Source: the human T2T-CHM13v2.0 reference genome, Homo sapiens
NCBI RefSeq assembly: GCF_009914755.1
Contig: NC_060938.1
Direction: 5' to 3' (one strand)
Length of the DNA: 64,000 nucleotides
Both the position numbers and the translations under genes were made by a program. The notes beneath the pieces were generated by a model. The model was not told where the DNA came from. It searched no databases and saw nothing but the letters and a program-made list of their open reading frames with translations. Below are positions 1 to 13,690 of this stretch, in pieces. The number at the start of each line of letters is the position of its first letter. The stretch's first letter is position 1.

Positions 1-93
1 CCAGGCTGATCTCGTACTCCTGACCTCAAGTGATCCACCCGCCTTGGCCTCCCAAAATGCTGAGATTACAGGCGTGAGCCACTGCACCCGGCC
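1..93 (-). mobile_element. Alu (S-type), left arm, cut by window edge
   Basis: Reverse complement of the Alu 5' end: ...ctcctgacctcaagtgatccacccgccttggcctccc...gcacccggcc. Confidence 0.9.
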
Positions 94-1424
94 TTTTCTT
101 CCTATTTTATAGATAAGGTAATTGAACTTCTGATTATGTGATTTTCTTAAGACCACAAAGTGGAAAGGAGAGACGGGGTCGGCAAGCCCAGCATTTCATC
201 TGTTCTGTTCTCTCTCTGTATGCTGGGGTAGAAGATAGCAGGCTAGATCTGAGCAATTTCAGCACCATTTATTCCAGGACTGTTTTAAAATGGAATAAGA
301 TCACAGCACTTTACTGCCAGCAACATGAGCTATCGATGTAAGTGATAGTGTAGATGGGTTGTGAAATGGAATAGTTTTGTGGGGCAGGTAGAGAATTAGC
401 TTCCCATCTCTTCCTCAAGTATAATTGAGTGAGTAGGAATGAAGGCATGGCCTCAATGTAATGGCAGGCTTGCTTTTAGCCAGAAAAACTGGTCCTTTTG
501 TTGTTCGGGATCTACTTATATGCATACAAGTTCTAGCTGCTTTTCATTTGTTTGTTATTGCATCATATAAAAGGGTTGGGGAGATTTTTAACAATATGGA
601 GATTAAATTTGACTGGCTTAATGAACAATTCCCTTCGAGAAGTCCCAGGGGTGAGGATGTGGTTCCCTCTATAATGACTGAAGATGAGATACAATGACAG
701 AGAAATGAACGGTGGCTTTCAACATGAACCCCAAATCAAAAAAAGGTCACAAGGACTCAGACTACAAATTATAAGACCTGGTTTGCTCTCCAGCACCCTT
801 CCGTGGAGACATCTGTTTATAGCAAGCTCCAGATTCATATTGAATAAATTAATACATGTATTTAATTATGGCAAATGAATCCCTCAAGCAACGTTAAGAA
901 GTCTGCAATGAGTATGTGCTGTTCAGTCACCAAGTTTTCACTGGGGACACTTTCTTCCCCAGAGCAACCTGTTCCTAGCCAGCCTACACTATTTCATTGG
1001 CCCTACCCTTGTAGAATTAAAACTCTCAAGTGAAAGGACTTGTTACCAAAAATAATGATATCAGTTCAAGTTAGGTGTATGTACTCCTGGTTTGCAAACC
1101 AGCAGTGAGAAAGAACAAGCAAAGGAACAAATAGGTAAACAAAGACAGAAGGAAAAGCAAAATAATAGATTCAGAGTTATCAACAAAGCCGTGAAATAAC
1201 AGGCCTCACCTCCTCCTGGCCCAGCTACCCTGTGACCTCTGTTCTCCGGCAGGGAGAGCAGTTACTCTTCCACCCGGGCACCTGAGCTGGCATTCCTGCC
1301 ATTGCAGTCACTCTTGGTTCATCTCTGAAGGCATGCTTGCATTCTTGACTCATTCCTCTCTCTCACCCTTCACATTGAATTGATCATCAAATCTGGTCTT
1401 GTTTTTTAAGGGTATACAAACAAT

Positions 1425-2045
1425 AAAACTTTATTCCACCATAAAAAGGAATGAAAGTTTGATACAAGTTGCAACATTGACAAACCTTAAACACATTGTA
1501 AGTGAATTATGACAGAAATTAACAGGACAAATATGTATGATTCTACTTCTACAGAATATTTAGAATAGGAAAAATGAATTGAGACAGACAATAGATTGAA
1601 GGGAGCAGGTACTGGGGTGGTGGTGGAAATGTGGGTTATTGCTTAATAGATGCAGAGTTTGTATTTGGAATGATGAAAGAAATTGCATATTGTGGTTATG
1701 GTTTAATGACATTGTAAACATAATTAATGCCATGGAATGGTCCACGTAAAATGGTTGAAATAAAAAAAATTTATGTGAAAACTTTAATCAATATTTGAAA
1801 AACTTTAGGTCACTGAAACACACAGTTAAGATGATGAAATAAACCTACTGAGTGGAAAAATATTTGCAAACTACACGTACAGCAAAGGACTAGTATCTAA
1901 AATATATGAAGAGTTATCAAACTCTAATAGTTAAAAAAATAAACAATCCAAGTACATAGTGGGCAAAAATACATGAAGAGTCATTTCAGAGAAGAGGATA
2001 TACAAGTGTTAAATAAACACATGAAAATTGCTAATGATGTTGAAA
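1425..2045 (+). mobile_element. Old L1 (L1M-class) 3' UTR/ORF2 fragments
   Basis: ccataaaaaggaatgaa...tatgtatgattc...; gaaaaaatatttgcaaac...aaaggactagtatctaaaatatatgaaga; boundaries approximate. Confidence 0.7.
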
Positions 2046-2397
2046 ATCTGGTCAATTCTAGTTTTTCAATAACTCCATTACATCATTTCTCCTGCTAGGG
2101 TAATAATTCAGGTCTTTATCATTTTACCTGGAATTCTGCAATTGCCTCTTAACTACTCCCTTCCAACTCCATTTTTAATCTCCCCCCTCATCAATTCATA
2201 ATTTCTGTGAAAACAGAAAGCAAAATACCAAGCATAATTAGACAAATATCTGTATTTCATTATCAGAATTGTCATATTGTATCAAGTCTTTTATAAAATT
2301 ATATTACAGTTCTAGATAACATCCTCTTCATTCACTGACTCCTCTTTCCATTCCCCTTCCAGCTCCTCCCCTGGCGGTCACCACCATGAGTTTGGAG

Positions 2398-2853
2398 TGT
2401 ATGGTAGATCATGTTATTTGTTCCCAATAATTTATTGCCTCCTTACCCTGTTATGCTTCCCTGAAGGCAGAACACACTTCCCCAAAGACTTTGGGCTTGG
2501 TCCTGTGACTTTCTTTGGCCAAAGGAAAATGAAGCATGCCAGATCTGATCTTGCTTTAAATGTACTCTCATTATTTAATATTGCCCTTCTTGAATTCTTG
2601 TCCTCTGCCATGGTTACAGCAGATTCCAGATAGGAGCTGCTCCTCCAGCTGGGGTAGCAGAGTGAGAAGCCACATGATGCTGAGCCCAGCTGAGCCCAGC
2701 TAAACCCACCAGAGTCCAACAGAGCCTGACAGAGTTGAAGAGGGACATTGAGAAACAACAGCCTTCCTGTAATGTGAATAAAAGCAAATGTTGTTATTGT
2801 AACCCATTAAGATCCCGGAGCTATTTGTTACACAGCAAAGGCTGACTAAGTCA
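2398..2853 (+). mobile_element. MLT1-type (ERVL-MaLR) LTR, old
   Basis: gactttgggcttggtcctgtgactttctttggccaa near the 5' end; gttacacagcaaaggctgactaa at the 3' end. Confidence 0.6.
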
Positions 2854-2900
2854 AAATATTTATGTATGTGAAGGCTTACAAAATGTACACAAATATTTCT

Positions 2901-3475
2901 TGTAATGGTTAATATTAAATGTCAACTTGATTGGATTGAAAGATGCAAAGTATTTTTTCTGGTGTATCTGGGTGTTTATGGGTGTTGCCAGAAAATATTA
3001 ACATTTGAGTCAGTGGACTGGGAGAGGAAGACCCACTCTCAGGAAGACCCACCCACAATGTTGGTGGGCACCATCCAATCAGCTGCCAGGGTGGCTAGAA
3101 AAAGTAGGCAGAAGAAGGTGGTAGAAGCAGACGTGCTGAGTCTTTCTTGCCTTCATCTTTCTCCCGTGCTGGATGCTTCCTGCCCTCGGACGGCAGACTC
3201 CAAGTTCTCTGGCTTTTGGACTCTTGGTCTTACACCAGTGGTTGGTGAGGGGCTTTCGGGACTTTGGCCACAGACTGAAGGCTGCACTGTTGGCTTCCCT
3301 ACTTTTGAGGTTTTGAGACTTGGACTGAGACGCTACTGGCTTCCTTGCTCCTTAACTTGCAGACAGCCTATTGTGGGACTTCATCTTGTGACTGTGCAAG
3401 TCAATTCTCCTTAATAAATAAATTCCTTTTTATATATACATATATCCTACTAGTTCTGTCCCTCTAGAGAATACA
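2901..3475 (+). mobile_element. MLT2A-like (HERV-L) solo LTR
   Basis: Starts tgtaatggttaatattaaatgtcaacttgattggattgaaagatgcaaagt; ends tagttctgtccctctagagaataca; both match MLT2A termini. Confidence 0.85.
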
Positions 3476-3689
3476 TATGTATGGTGTTTATTTTGTATAT
3501 TTTGATATACATATGTGTAACCATAAGCAATATATAGTTTTGCTCAATGGGTGTTCCAAGTCTACCCAAATAATTGCATTCTCTACATCTTGATTTTTTA
3601 CACTGGAGATTTGTTTGGGGTATCTACCCATGTGGATGTGTACAGATCTAGTTCATTCCCTTTAAGAGCTGGCAGATAAATCTTTCTAA

Positions 3690-4230
3690 ATTATGTCTCT
3701 TCTCTGCCTTAAAGGACTTACAGCTGAAGGTAGTCACCAACAGCACTCCAGGCACCTGGGGAAACAAGCCCTTTCTGAAAGAGGATCTCAATGGAGTATC
3801 ACAGTGGCCCCCACAGTTCACCTTTGTGCACTTGAATCTCGTCTTCATATACATTCTGGAAGCAGCTTCTTCTGCCTCTTGGGGGGAACCTAGAAGCAGT
3901 GTATCAGTAAGATAAGTTTGAGCCCCTGATGCTGCAACTGGTCTTAAAATCAGAATTGATATTTATAATCTCTCTCCTCTACCATCCATCCTCAATTCCT
4001 CTCACCCTCAGCCAGAACCTCTGCAGATCTTGATGGTTAAGCTGGTGGAGTGACCCAGACTTATATCCCTGAGGGGTCTGTGCCCTGGTCACCATGCCCT
4101 TCTGAGGTTGGGCTTTCTGCACTCATGCTCTTATTGTCAAAATGGTGCATGTACCAAGAGGGACCCAAGTGGATCACCTGGGTGCCAAACATACTCCTCC
4201 TTGACTCCATTGCATGACAAAAGCCCAAGT
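3690..4230 (-). mobile_element. LTR16-like LTR start plus adjacent ERVL internal fragment
   Basis: Minus strand reads tgtgggggccactgtgatactccattgagatcctctttcag... (LTR16-like start); neighbouring ggagtgacccagact...ggtcaccatgccct resembles ERVL-int 3' sequence. Confidence 0.5.
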
Positions 4231-4351
4231 CAGTTTTGCATAGAAAGAAACAAGTGATAACCAGGAAGCTAATACTAGACCCTTTCCTGACTTCACCTTC
4301 AGGTCACCAGTCTATTCATTTAATTTCCTTTCCATTGTCCAAACTGGGTTT

Positions 4352-6817
4352 ATTTATTTTTTTTATTTTTAATTTTTGTGGTTATATAGTAGGTATATAA
4401 ATTTAAGGGGTACATGAGATGTTTTGATGCAGGCATGCAATGTGTAATAATCACATCATGGAGAATGGGGCATCCATTCCCTCAAGCATTTATCTTTTGT
4501 GTTACAATCCAGTTATACTCTCTTAGTTATTTTAAAACGTACAATTAAATTATTATTATTGACTATAGTCACACTGTTGTGCTATCAAATAGTAGGTCTT
4601 ATTCATTATTTCTATTTTTTTGTACCCATTAACCATTCCCACCTCCCCCTACTCCCCTACTAACCTCCCCAGCCTCTGGTAACCATCCTCTACTATCTCC
4701 ATGAATTCAATTGTTTTGATTTGTAGATTCCACAAATAAATGAGAATATACAATGTTTATCTTTCTGTGCCTGGCTTATTTCACTTAACATAATGACCTC
4801 CACTTCCACCCATGTTCTTTCAAATGACTGGATCTCATTCTTTTTTGTGACTGAATAGTACTTCATTGTGTATATGTACAACATTTTCTTTATCAATTCA
4901 TGTGTTGATGGACACTTAGGTTGCTTCCAAATCTTGGCTACTGTGACAATGCTGCAATAAACATGGGAATACAAATATCTCTTCAATATACTTATGTCCT
5001 TTCTTTTGGGTATATACCCAACAATGAGATTGATGGATCATATGGCAGCTCTATTTTTAGTTTTTTGAAGAATCTCCAAATTGTTCTCCTTAGTAGTTTT
5101 ACTAATTTACATTTCCATCAACAGCGTACAAGGGTTCCCTTTTCTCCACATCCTCACCAGCATTTGTTATTGCCTGTCTTTTGGATATAAGCTTTTTACT
5201 GGGATGAGATGGTATTTCATTGTAGTTTTGATTTACGTTTCTCTGCTGATCAATGATGTTGAGTACCTTTTCATATGCCTATTTGCGATTTGTATGTCTT
5301 TTTTGGCGAAATGTCTATTCAAATCTTTTGTCCATTTTTTGATCAAATTATTAGATTTTTTCCTAAAGAGTTGTTTGAGCTCCTTATAGATTCCATTTTG
5401 TTTGTTTGTTTGTTTTGTTTTTTTGAGATGAAATCTCACTCTGTCACCCAGGCTGCAGTGCGGTGGCACAATCTTGGCTCACTGCAACTCTGCCTCTTGG
5501 GTTCAAGAGATTCTCCTGCCTCAGCCTCCTGAGTAGCTGGGACTACAGGCACGTGCCACCACGCCTGGCTAATTTTTGTATTTTCAGTAGAGACAGGTTT
5601 TCACAACGTTGCCCAGGCTGGTCTCGAACTCCAGACCTCAGGCAATCCACCCGCCTCGGCCTCCCAAAGTGCTGGGATTACAGATGTGAGTCACCGCACC
5701 CAGATAGATTCTGGTTATCAATCCTTTGTCAGAGGGGTTGTTTGCAAATATTTTCTTCTATTCTTGTGGGCTGTCTGTTCACTTTGTTGATTGTTTCCCT
5801 TGCTGTGCAGAAACTTAAAATTGATGTTATCCCATTTGTTCATTTTTGCTTTGGTTACCTGTGCGTGAAATTTTTGCCCACACCAATGTCCTGGAGAGTT
5901 TCCCCAATGTTTACTTGTAGTAGTTTCATAGTTTGAAGTCTTAGATTTAAGTCTTTAATTCATTTTGATTTGATTTTTTTATATGGTGGCAGGTAGGGGT
6001 CTGGTTTCATTCTTCTGTATATGAATATCCAGTTTTCCTAGCACAGTTTATTGAAGAGATTGTCTTTTCCCCAGTGCATGTTCTTGACACCTTTGTTGAA
6101 AATGAGTTCACTATATGTGTGTGGATTTGTTTCTGGGTTCTCTATTATGTTCCAATGGTTTTTGTATCTGTTTTTATGCCAGTGCCAGGCTGTTTTGGTT
6201 ACTATAGCTCTGTAGTATAATTTAAAGTCAGTAATGTGATTCTTCCAGTTTTGTTCTTTTTGTTTAGGATAGCTTTGGCTATTCTGGGTCTTTTGTGTTC
6301 CATATACATTTTAGGATTATTTTTTCTATTTCTGTGAAAAATGTCATTGGTATTTTGATTGGGATTTCATTAAATCTGTAGATTGCTTTGGACAGTATGG
6401 ACATTTTAACAATATTGATTCTTCCAGACTACTAACATGGAACATCTTTCCATTTTTGAGTTTCCTTTTCAATTTCTTTCATCATTGTTTTATAGTTTTT
6501 GTTATAGAGATTCTTTTCTTCTTTGGTTAAGTTAATTCATAGATGTTTAATTTTATCTGTGGCTATCATAAATGGGATTTCTTTTTCAGATTGTTGATTG
6601 TTGACATATAGAAATGCTACTGATTTGTATGTTAATTTTGTATCCTGCAACTTTGCTGAATTTGTTTATCAACTCTAATAGGTTTTTTTTTCATTGAGTC
6701 TTTAGTTTTTTCCAAGTATAAGATCATATCACCTACTAACAAGGATACTTTGACTTATTCCTTTCCAATTTAGATGCCATTTATTTATTCTCTTGTCTGA
6801 TTGTTCTAGGCAGGACT
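4352..6817 (-). mobile_element. L1MA (L1MA2/3-like), 5'-truncated, interrupted by an Alu
   Basis: L1MA 3' UTR (ggtacatgagatgttttgat...catggagaatgggg); minus-strand ORF fragments KIWKQPKCPS and [11 protein letters not shown] are L1 ORF2 C-terminus. Confidence 0.9.
5396..5704 (-). mobile_element. AluS inside L1MA
   Basis: Full Alu dimer with (TTTG)n tail; atagattc repeated on both flanks. Confidence 0.92.
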
Positions 6818-7329
6818 TTAAACTCTAGGCTTATTTTAAAAGCCTAAATTGTATGTATATGTGTATAAAAGGATATATGTGTGTATGTGTATATATCAGA
6901 AGCTATAGGAAAATAGGACTACCATAGAAAGCACCCAGAATCCCGCCAACCAGAGGAAAATACTATTAACCTTTTAATCTTTCTTTGCCATCTCTTTCTC
7001 GATATGTTTCTTTGATTTTTCTAAAACAAAAACTACATATATGTATATATAATTGAGTGTCTTACCTCTTTTTTTTTAAAAAAAAGAAGAAACCCTTAAT
7101 AATATATTGTGAATATTTCCCAACTTCTTTTCAGTATATTTAAAGAAGGGCAAAGGAATTAGGCTAATTGTGATTCTTTCTAGATAGCATTCCTCAACGT
7201 TATTTTATGGTAAAAACTGTTGACTTTGAATAAAAAAAAAACCCAAAGTGATTTATCTTTAGAAGGCAAAAAGCAGCATATATAATGCAGGGCATATGTA
7301 ATAACAACAACCCCAATAATAATAAGCAC

Positions 7330-7500
7330 ATTATCTCTTATAACTCTGCAGCCATATTATGAGTTCAGGGTATATTGTTACTGTTAATACAGATGAGGAA
7401 GTTAAGGCTTAGAGAGATTAAAGCACTTGTCAGCACCACACAACTAAAACCTAGAACTGAAGTTCAAATCTAGGTTTCCTGATCTCAAATTCCACACTCA
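7330..7500 (-). mobile_element. MIR
   Basis: Core acagatgaggaagttaaggcttagagagattaa. Confidence 0.65.
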
Positions 7501-8009
7501 TAACTAGTACAAATAGTTAAGGCAAGTTAGCTGGGGTGATGAAAGCCCAGGAGACACAGTGTTCAGTGAAGGAAAGAAGTCTGGCAGAGCGGGTGTATCA
7601 CAGCATCTAACAAAGACAGCAACAGGCCAGAGCTGTTAGCTGAGGCTAGGAATCGGCATTCAGAAGGCTTGCCTGAGGTCACAAGAATTCTGGCCTGCAG
7701 GTGGGTGAAAGAGGATGTGGCAGTCTTGAGGCATAGGAGCTGGAGCTCCAGGGGGAAGTCACAGGAAAGCACATCAGGAGGCAGTAGGAAAGGCAGCCCC
7801 AGGTTGGGATAGATGAATCCCAGGTCCTGAGGGAGGAGGGTGGAGGAAGTTGCTTGGGGAGGAAGGAAGATAGGAGCCAGAAGTTGGGCAGCTGGAATTC
7901 TTTTCCCTTCCAATCACCCACTCTTGGATTACCCTGCCTGACTTGGATAAGGGGAGGGAGGCTTGTTAGAAAGAGGGGAGATAAACAGTTTGTACAAAAC
8001 AAAATAGAT

Positions 8010-8790
8010 TTCACACATTCACCAAAAGATGTACAAGAAGGTTCCTAGCAGCACTATTCAAAATCGACTGAAACTGGAAACAACACAAATGTCCATCCAA
8101 TGTGATAGATAAATCAACTGTGGTCTAATCACACAATGGCATTGACATGGTTTGGCTCTGAGTCCCCACATAAATCTCACCTTGAATTGTAATAATCCCC
8201 ACATGTCAAGGGCGGGGCCAGGTGGAGATAATGGAATCATGGAGGCCGTTTCCCCCATACTGTTCTCTTGAGATTCAGTAAGTCTCACAAGATCTGATGA
8301 TTTTATAAATGGGAGTTCTCCTGCACGAGGCCTCTTGCCTGCCACCATGTAAGATGTGATTTTGCTCCTCATTCACCTTCTGCCATGACCGTGAGGCCTC
8401 CCCAGCCATGTGGAACTGTGAGTCCATTAAACCTCTTTCTTTTATAAATTACTCAGTCTTGGGCATGTCTTTATTAGAAACATGAGAACAGACTAATGCA
8501 GGCATACGGCACAGCAATGAGAGTGAACAAACTACAACTATATGTGATAAAATGGATGAATCTCATAAATATGATGTTGGGTGAAAACAGACGCAAAACC
8601 ATAGGTTCTGTAAAATTCCATTCACGTGAAGTACAGAAACAGTCAAGACTATTCAATGCCCTTAAAAGTAAGGTTATGTATGCTTGGAGGTGGGAGAGTA
8701 GTGACTAGAAAGCATCATGGCTATAGGGTTTCTAGGGCACTCATAATGTTCTTGTTTTTTAAAAAATCAGGGTGCAGGTTTCATTTGTGC
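8010..8790 (+). mobile_element. L1ME-class 3' fragment interrupted by a THE1 LTR
   Basis: gcagcactattcaaaat...aactggaaacaacacaaatgtccatc; after the LTR: gcaatgagagtgaacaaactacaacta. Confidence 0.7.
8143..8500 (+). mobile_element. THE1-type MaLR solo LTR
   Basis: tgacatggtttggctct...gaacagactaatgca; perfect 5-bp TSD ggcat (8138-8142 / 8501-8505). Confidence 0.92.
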
Positions 8791-9384
8791 ATTCTAACTA
8801 TTTCATCTAAACTTGAACAGGAATTTATTAGATTACAAACAAAAGAAGTAAGAGAAAGGAAAGAAATAAACAAGAGCAGCAACAGCAACAGAATAATCTA
8901 AACCATTATGATGAAAAGGTTTATTTCACTCAGCTTCCATTTATGAGTAGAACATAGCACATTTTTGGCCACTTAGTTTCTACGTGATTACCCCCAATAC
9001 TGTCCTACCCCTGTCATCACAGGAAAATTGCAAGGGAGAAGTTTCATGCTGTCAAATAATTTAAAATTGCTCCAACCCACTTTGGAAGTTTCAGAGATGG
9101 GCTGTAGGGCATGGTTCTAAGTGGCTTTGAAGTCTTATTGCATTATTTCTATGTAATGCAAATTGACAAGGTCTCTAAATTAGGCAACTAACTAGAAAAT
9201 GGGGTCTGAAAGCCAGTTTTATTAGCAGCCAGGAATCTGCTCTCAAAGACTTATCTGTTTGTGGCCAGGGCATGGGTGGGGAATATATTTTCCATGCAGG
9301 AAATCAGGATGATAGTAGCAATGGGGAGGAAAAGATCCAATGTAGAAGCCAGGGAATAGATATGGGTGTTGCACATTTTTCTAG

Positions 9385-9650
9385 ATTTTATTTGACAAAT
9401 ATTTATATAGAACTTTCTATGTGCCAAGCACTGTCTAAGTACTCACTGTATGAAGGATTGATTTAATTCCTTACAGCAAACCTACAATGTGGGTGCTATT
9501 ATCATCCTCACTTTAAAGTTGAGGAGACTGGAGCACAGAGAGGTTAAATACACATGAAAGGCTACACAGCTGTTCAGTGGCAGAGCCAGAGTTCAAATTC
9601 AGATTGTCAGGTTCCTGAGTCCTTGCTCTTAACACTAAGCTATGATGCTG
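9385..9650 (-). mobile_element. MIR
   Basis: tatgtgccaagcactgtctaag...gaggagactggagcacagagaggttaaa...ggcagagccagagttcaaa. Confidence 0.75.
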
Positions 9651-9927
9651 CTTCTCACCAAAATGGCAGCATGACTCCCAGGCTGAGGACCTTGGCTTTT
9701 CTCACTGCATGCTGTGACGGAGAGATTGCCAAGAAGACTTTCCCCTCCCCATCTGTCCCTGCCCCCAACTCAGCTTCTGTAAGGCACTATTGCTAATGTC
9801 TGAACTTCCACCATTGAAATTTATTCTTTTGGGTTAAGTGCCCTGCTTTCCCAACATTTCTTATAAAAGTGTGGACACCTTCGCAAGATGTCTGTGAACC
9901 AATGTCTGAGTGTAAGACTTCACCCAG

Positions 9928-10300
9928 TGTATTAGTCTGTTCTCATGCTGCTAAAAAAAGACATACCTGAGACTGCATAATTTATAAAGAAAAAGAGGTT
10001 TAAAAGACTCACAGTAACAGTTCCACATGGCTGGGGAGGCCTCACAATCATGGTGGAAGACAAAGGAAGAGCAAAGGGACGTCTTACATGGTGGCAGACA
10101 AGAGAGCTTGTGTGCAAGGGAGCTGCCCTTTATAAACCATTGGATCTTGTGAGAATTATTCACTATCATGAGAACAGCACAGGGAAGACTTGCCACCATA
10201 ATTCAATGACCTTTCAATGGGTCCCTCCCATGACATGCAGGGATTATGGGAGCTACAATTCAAGATGAGATTTGGGTGGGGACACGGCCAAACCATATCA
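9928..10300 (-). mobile_element. THE1-type MaLR solo LTR
   Basis: tgtattagtctgttctcatgctgcta...ccaaaccatatca; TSD cccag/tccag. Confidence 0.92.
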
Positions 10301-10764
10301 TCCAGCTTTCTGGGAAGGGAAGAATGCAAGCATGGAGGACTCAGGAGGGCAGGAAGATACCCAAGTTGGTGGTGGGCCTGAAGGCCAATTTCACTGACTT
10401 TACTGTTCTGTCAGTCACTTGCTGGCTAAGGCACATTTCTGGATCCATCCATTCATTGAGTCCTTGATAGATGCAAGACCTCGGTGTCGGTGTCCTTAGG
10501 GATATAATGGATTTGTAATCTCCAATAGCCCTTATATATTATCCATTTTAATTCATAAATCTTTTCCCAACCTATCCTCCAAAGTCACTATTATTATTCC
10601 CAATTATCCATGAAGAAAGTTATGTGCAGAAAGCTTTTGTGAATTGCCCAGGGTCACGCAATTTGTGAGTGACAGTCCTGGGATGAGGACCCATGTCTTC
10701 AATGAATCTCAGTAGAATAGCAGGAAAAACAAAGGGGACTCATTCAGCAGGTGCTTATTTGTTT

Positions 10765-11590
10765 GTTTTCAATATTGTAGTAAAATATATATAACATAAA
10801 ATTTACCATATTAAACTTTTTTTTTTTTTGAGACAGAGCTTGCTCTGTCACCCAGGCTGGAGTGCAGTGGCACAATCTTGGCTCACTGCAACCTCTGCCT
10901 CCTGAGTTCAAGTGATTCTCCTGCCTCAGCCTCCTGAGTAGCTGGGACTGCAAGTGCCCACCACCACAACTGGGTAACTTTTGTATTTTTAGTAGAGACG
11001 GGGTTTCACGATATTGGCCAGGCTGGTCTCAAACTCCTGACCTTGTGATTTGCCCTCCTTGGCCTCCCAAAGTGCTGGGATTACAGGCGTGAGCCACCAC
11101 ACCCGGCACTTAACCATTTTTAAGTGTGGAGTTTAGTAGTGTTGAGTACATTTACACTGTTATACAACCAACCTCCAGAATTCTTTTCATCTTGCAGAAC
11201 TGAAACTCTATATGCATTAAACAAGAACTCACCCATTCTCCCCTTCCCTAAGTCCCTGGCAATCATCCTTCTACTTTCTGTCTTTATGATTTCAACTATT
11301 CTAGGTACCTTATAGAAGTGGAATTATAAAGTACAGTATTTGTATTTTTGTGACTGGTTTATTTCACTTAGTATATTATCCCCCAGGTTCATCCATATTG
11401 TAGTGTATACCAGAATTGTCTTTCTTTTTAAGGCTGAATAATATTCCACTGTATGGATATACCACATTTTGTTTATTCATTCATCTGTCAATGGTCACTT
11501 GGGTTCCTTTACCTTTTGGCTACTGTGAATAATGATGCTATGAACATGGGTGTGCAAATGTCTCTTCAAGACCCTGCTTTCTACTCTTTT
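10765..11590 (-). mobile_element. L1MB-class 3' end interrupted by an Alu
   Basis: aacataaaatttaccatattaa...ttgcagaactgaaactcta...gctgaataatattccactg. Confidence 0.8.
10817..11108 (-). mobile_element. AluS
   Basis: Full dimer with poly-T start, ending gagccaccacacccggc. Confidence 0.92.
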
Positions 11591-13690
11591 GGTCAACAAG
11601 TGCTTTTAAGATTAGATAATAATGTCAAAATTACTAAGCCTATGATGAAAAAAACCTCAAAGAAAGTGTTGTGAAAGCTCAGACTAGTCTAATCGGTATG
11701 TGATTGAGCCTTTAGGGCTCAGACCATGAGGCCCACAGGGAAATGGTCAGAGCGGGTGCCTTCCTTCTTCTTTGCTGGTTGCCCATCCTCCAGCAGCGCA
11801 ATCTCATCCTTGGACTTTCTCCTCCTTGTGGCAGAACTGGGCAGTGTTTCTACCCCCCAGCTCACCCTTTTCTGTGAGCAACTTGTCCATCTGAAGATGG
11901 GGCTCTGGACTCCAAGAGCTGCCCTGGGCTTCTTGACTCAGCCTGGTACCAAGGACCAATTCTTAATTATCTGTTTTCAGTCCCAACTTGCTGACCCATC
12001 AAGTCCAGCCTGACCCCCAGCCGCAGCACACAGTCGAGGTCACAGCAAGTGACATTCCTTCCGTAAAACACCACAGAGCTCGGGCTCCACATTAGCTGTG
12101 CCAAAGGGCCACTATCCAAGTGAACAACATTACAGTAGGAAAGAATTGTGGAGAAGACTTGAAATTGCAAGAGGGAGAGAAAGAAAATAATGACTTCACC
12201 TAGCCCCATAGTATGTGTAGTGGGCAAATTTTAAGACTCCCGTTAGATACACTGTGCCCCAAACACAAGCTGGTATGAGCCAAAGTCATGCTTCCCACTC
12301 CTGCGTTGATTTGGTAGGGAAGAGCATGTCTTTTTCATTATCACAGATGTAATGGAGAAGCTCAGATTGTCAAGGAGCAGGCTGGCCACAGTAAGGATGG
12401 AGAGGGAGGAATGTGGATGGCTCAGGTAAATCCAGAGAGAACTCCAAGCACACACTCCGCTGAGAACCAGACATGTCTTTGTGACTCTATGAATGTCTTC
12501 TGCTCATCTGTGTGGGATGCATCAGGGCAGCCTAGCTTGGACGTAGACTCATAGAGCACTGGGATCATAACTATTTGCCTTAGTTAATCTTGGGCAGATT
12601 GATTTTCTCATCTTATCTCATGACAAGATCCATCTTTGTAGGATCTCAGCATGGCAAATTGTCTCCAAAAGGATATGGTCTATAGAGCGTGTTCCTTTTG
12701 GTTCAGAAGTCCCAAGCAATCACTTTTAGTGGATGTATTGATCAAGGCCTGGTCTTTGATGTTCAAAGGCTGCAGAACTTAGGCCGGTGTTCCACATTTC
12801 CTTTCCTTCCAGCTTTTTTAATGCCTCTGAAGTGGACCATCAAGACTTCTCTACAGGCAAAGGAAAGTTTCCAACAATGCCAAGGAACCAGGGAAGGGGC
12901 ATTGTCTAGTTACAGATCAAAGGAGTGGGGCGGTCTAAGGCTTCATCCCTCATGAGAGCAGCTGGGCACTGGGCCCTCCGCCCATCTCTTCATCTCTTGA
13001 AATGGTCATTTCTGCCGTGGAAATACAGTTCTTTGGAAGCAGCCGATGAAATAATGAGCTGGGGAAACATTGTTCCAAATGCCATCTGTGCCATAGGAAT
13101 GGGACCATGACCCCCTTCTGTGAAATTGCTGGGGTTGTTTCCCAGCCCCCCGTGTCTGTGGCTCTCATTAGTGTTCTAATGGAACACTCAGAGATGGCTG
13201 GCAGTCGGGTCCAGAATGTGTGTTATCGACATCTCTTCTCAAGCCAAACAAAAGTCACACTCAGGTCAAAGGGAGACGGGGCTGCTGCAGAAAGAGAGAT
13301 ATAAATAAAAAGCCAAAATAGATACTTTGAGAAAGGGCACTTTATTTTTAGGAAAGAAAAGGAATTAGGAGAAGATAATGGTTGCCCTGGCAATGAGAGA
13401 GCACTGCATATATTCTATAGGCCCGGCTTTAAATGTAATGCGGGAAACAAAACGGATTCCCTGGTGACTTTCTGAGAAAATACAGATGGAAATAAAAAGC
13501 CTGCTCAGAAACAATATCTCACATTAAGTCCAACTGCCATTTCACTACTGTTTTATAGGCTTCCCACTCCACGGCCCTGTATTAATTTAAAAACCCATTT
13601 TCATGTCTGGCACAAAATCCACTTTAAATGAGAGTCTCCATTTCATTTTTTTCCACTGTTCCTAACTGTGCTTTAAAAATTGAACTGGGA

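Noticed and set aside
2905-3414. 169-aa ORF
   Set aside because: Lies wholly within the MLT2A-like LTR; no recognisable domain.
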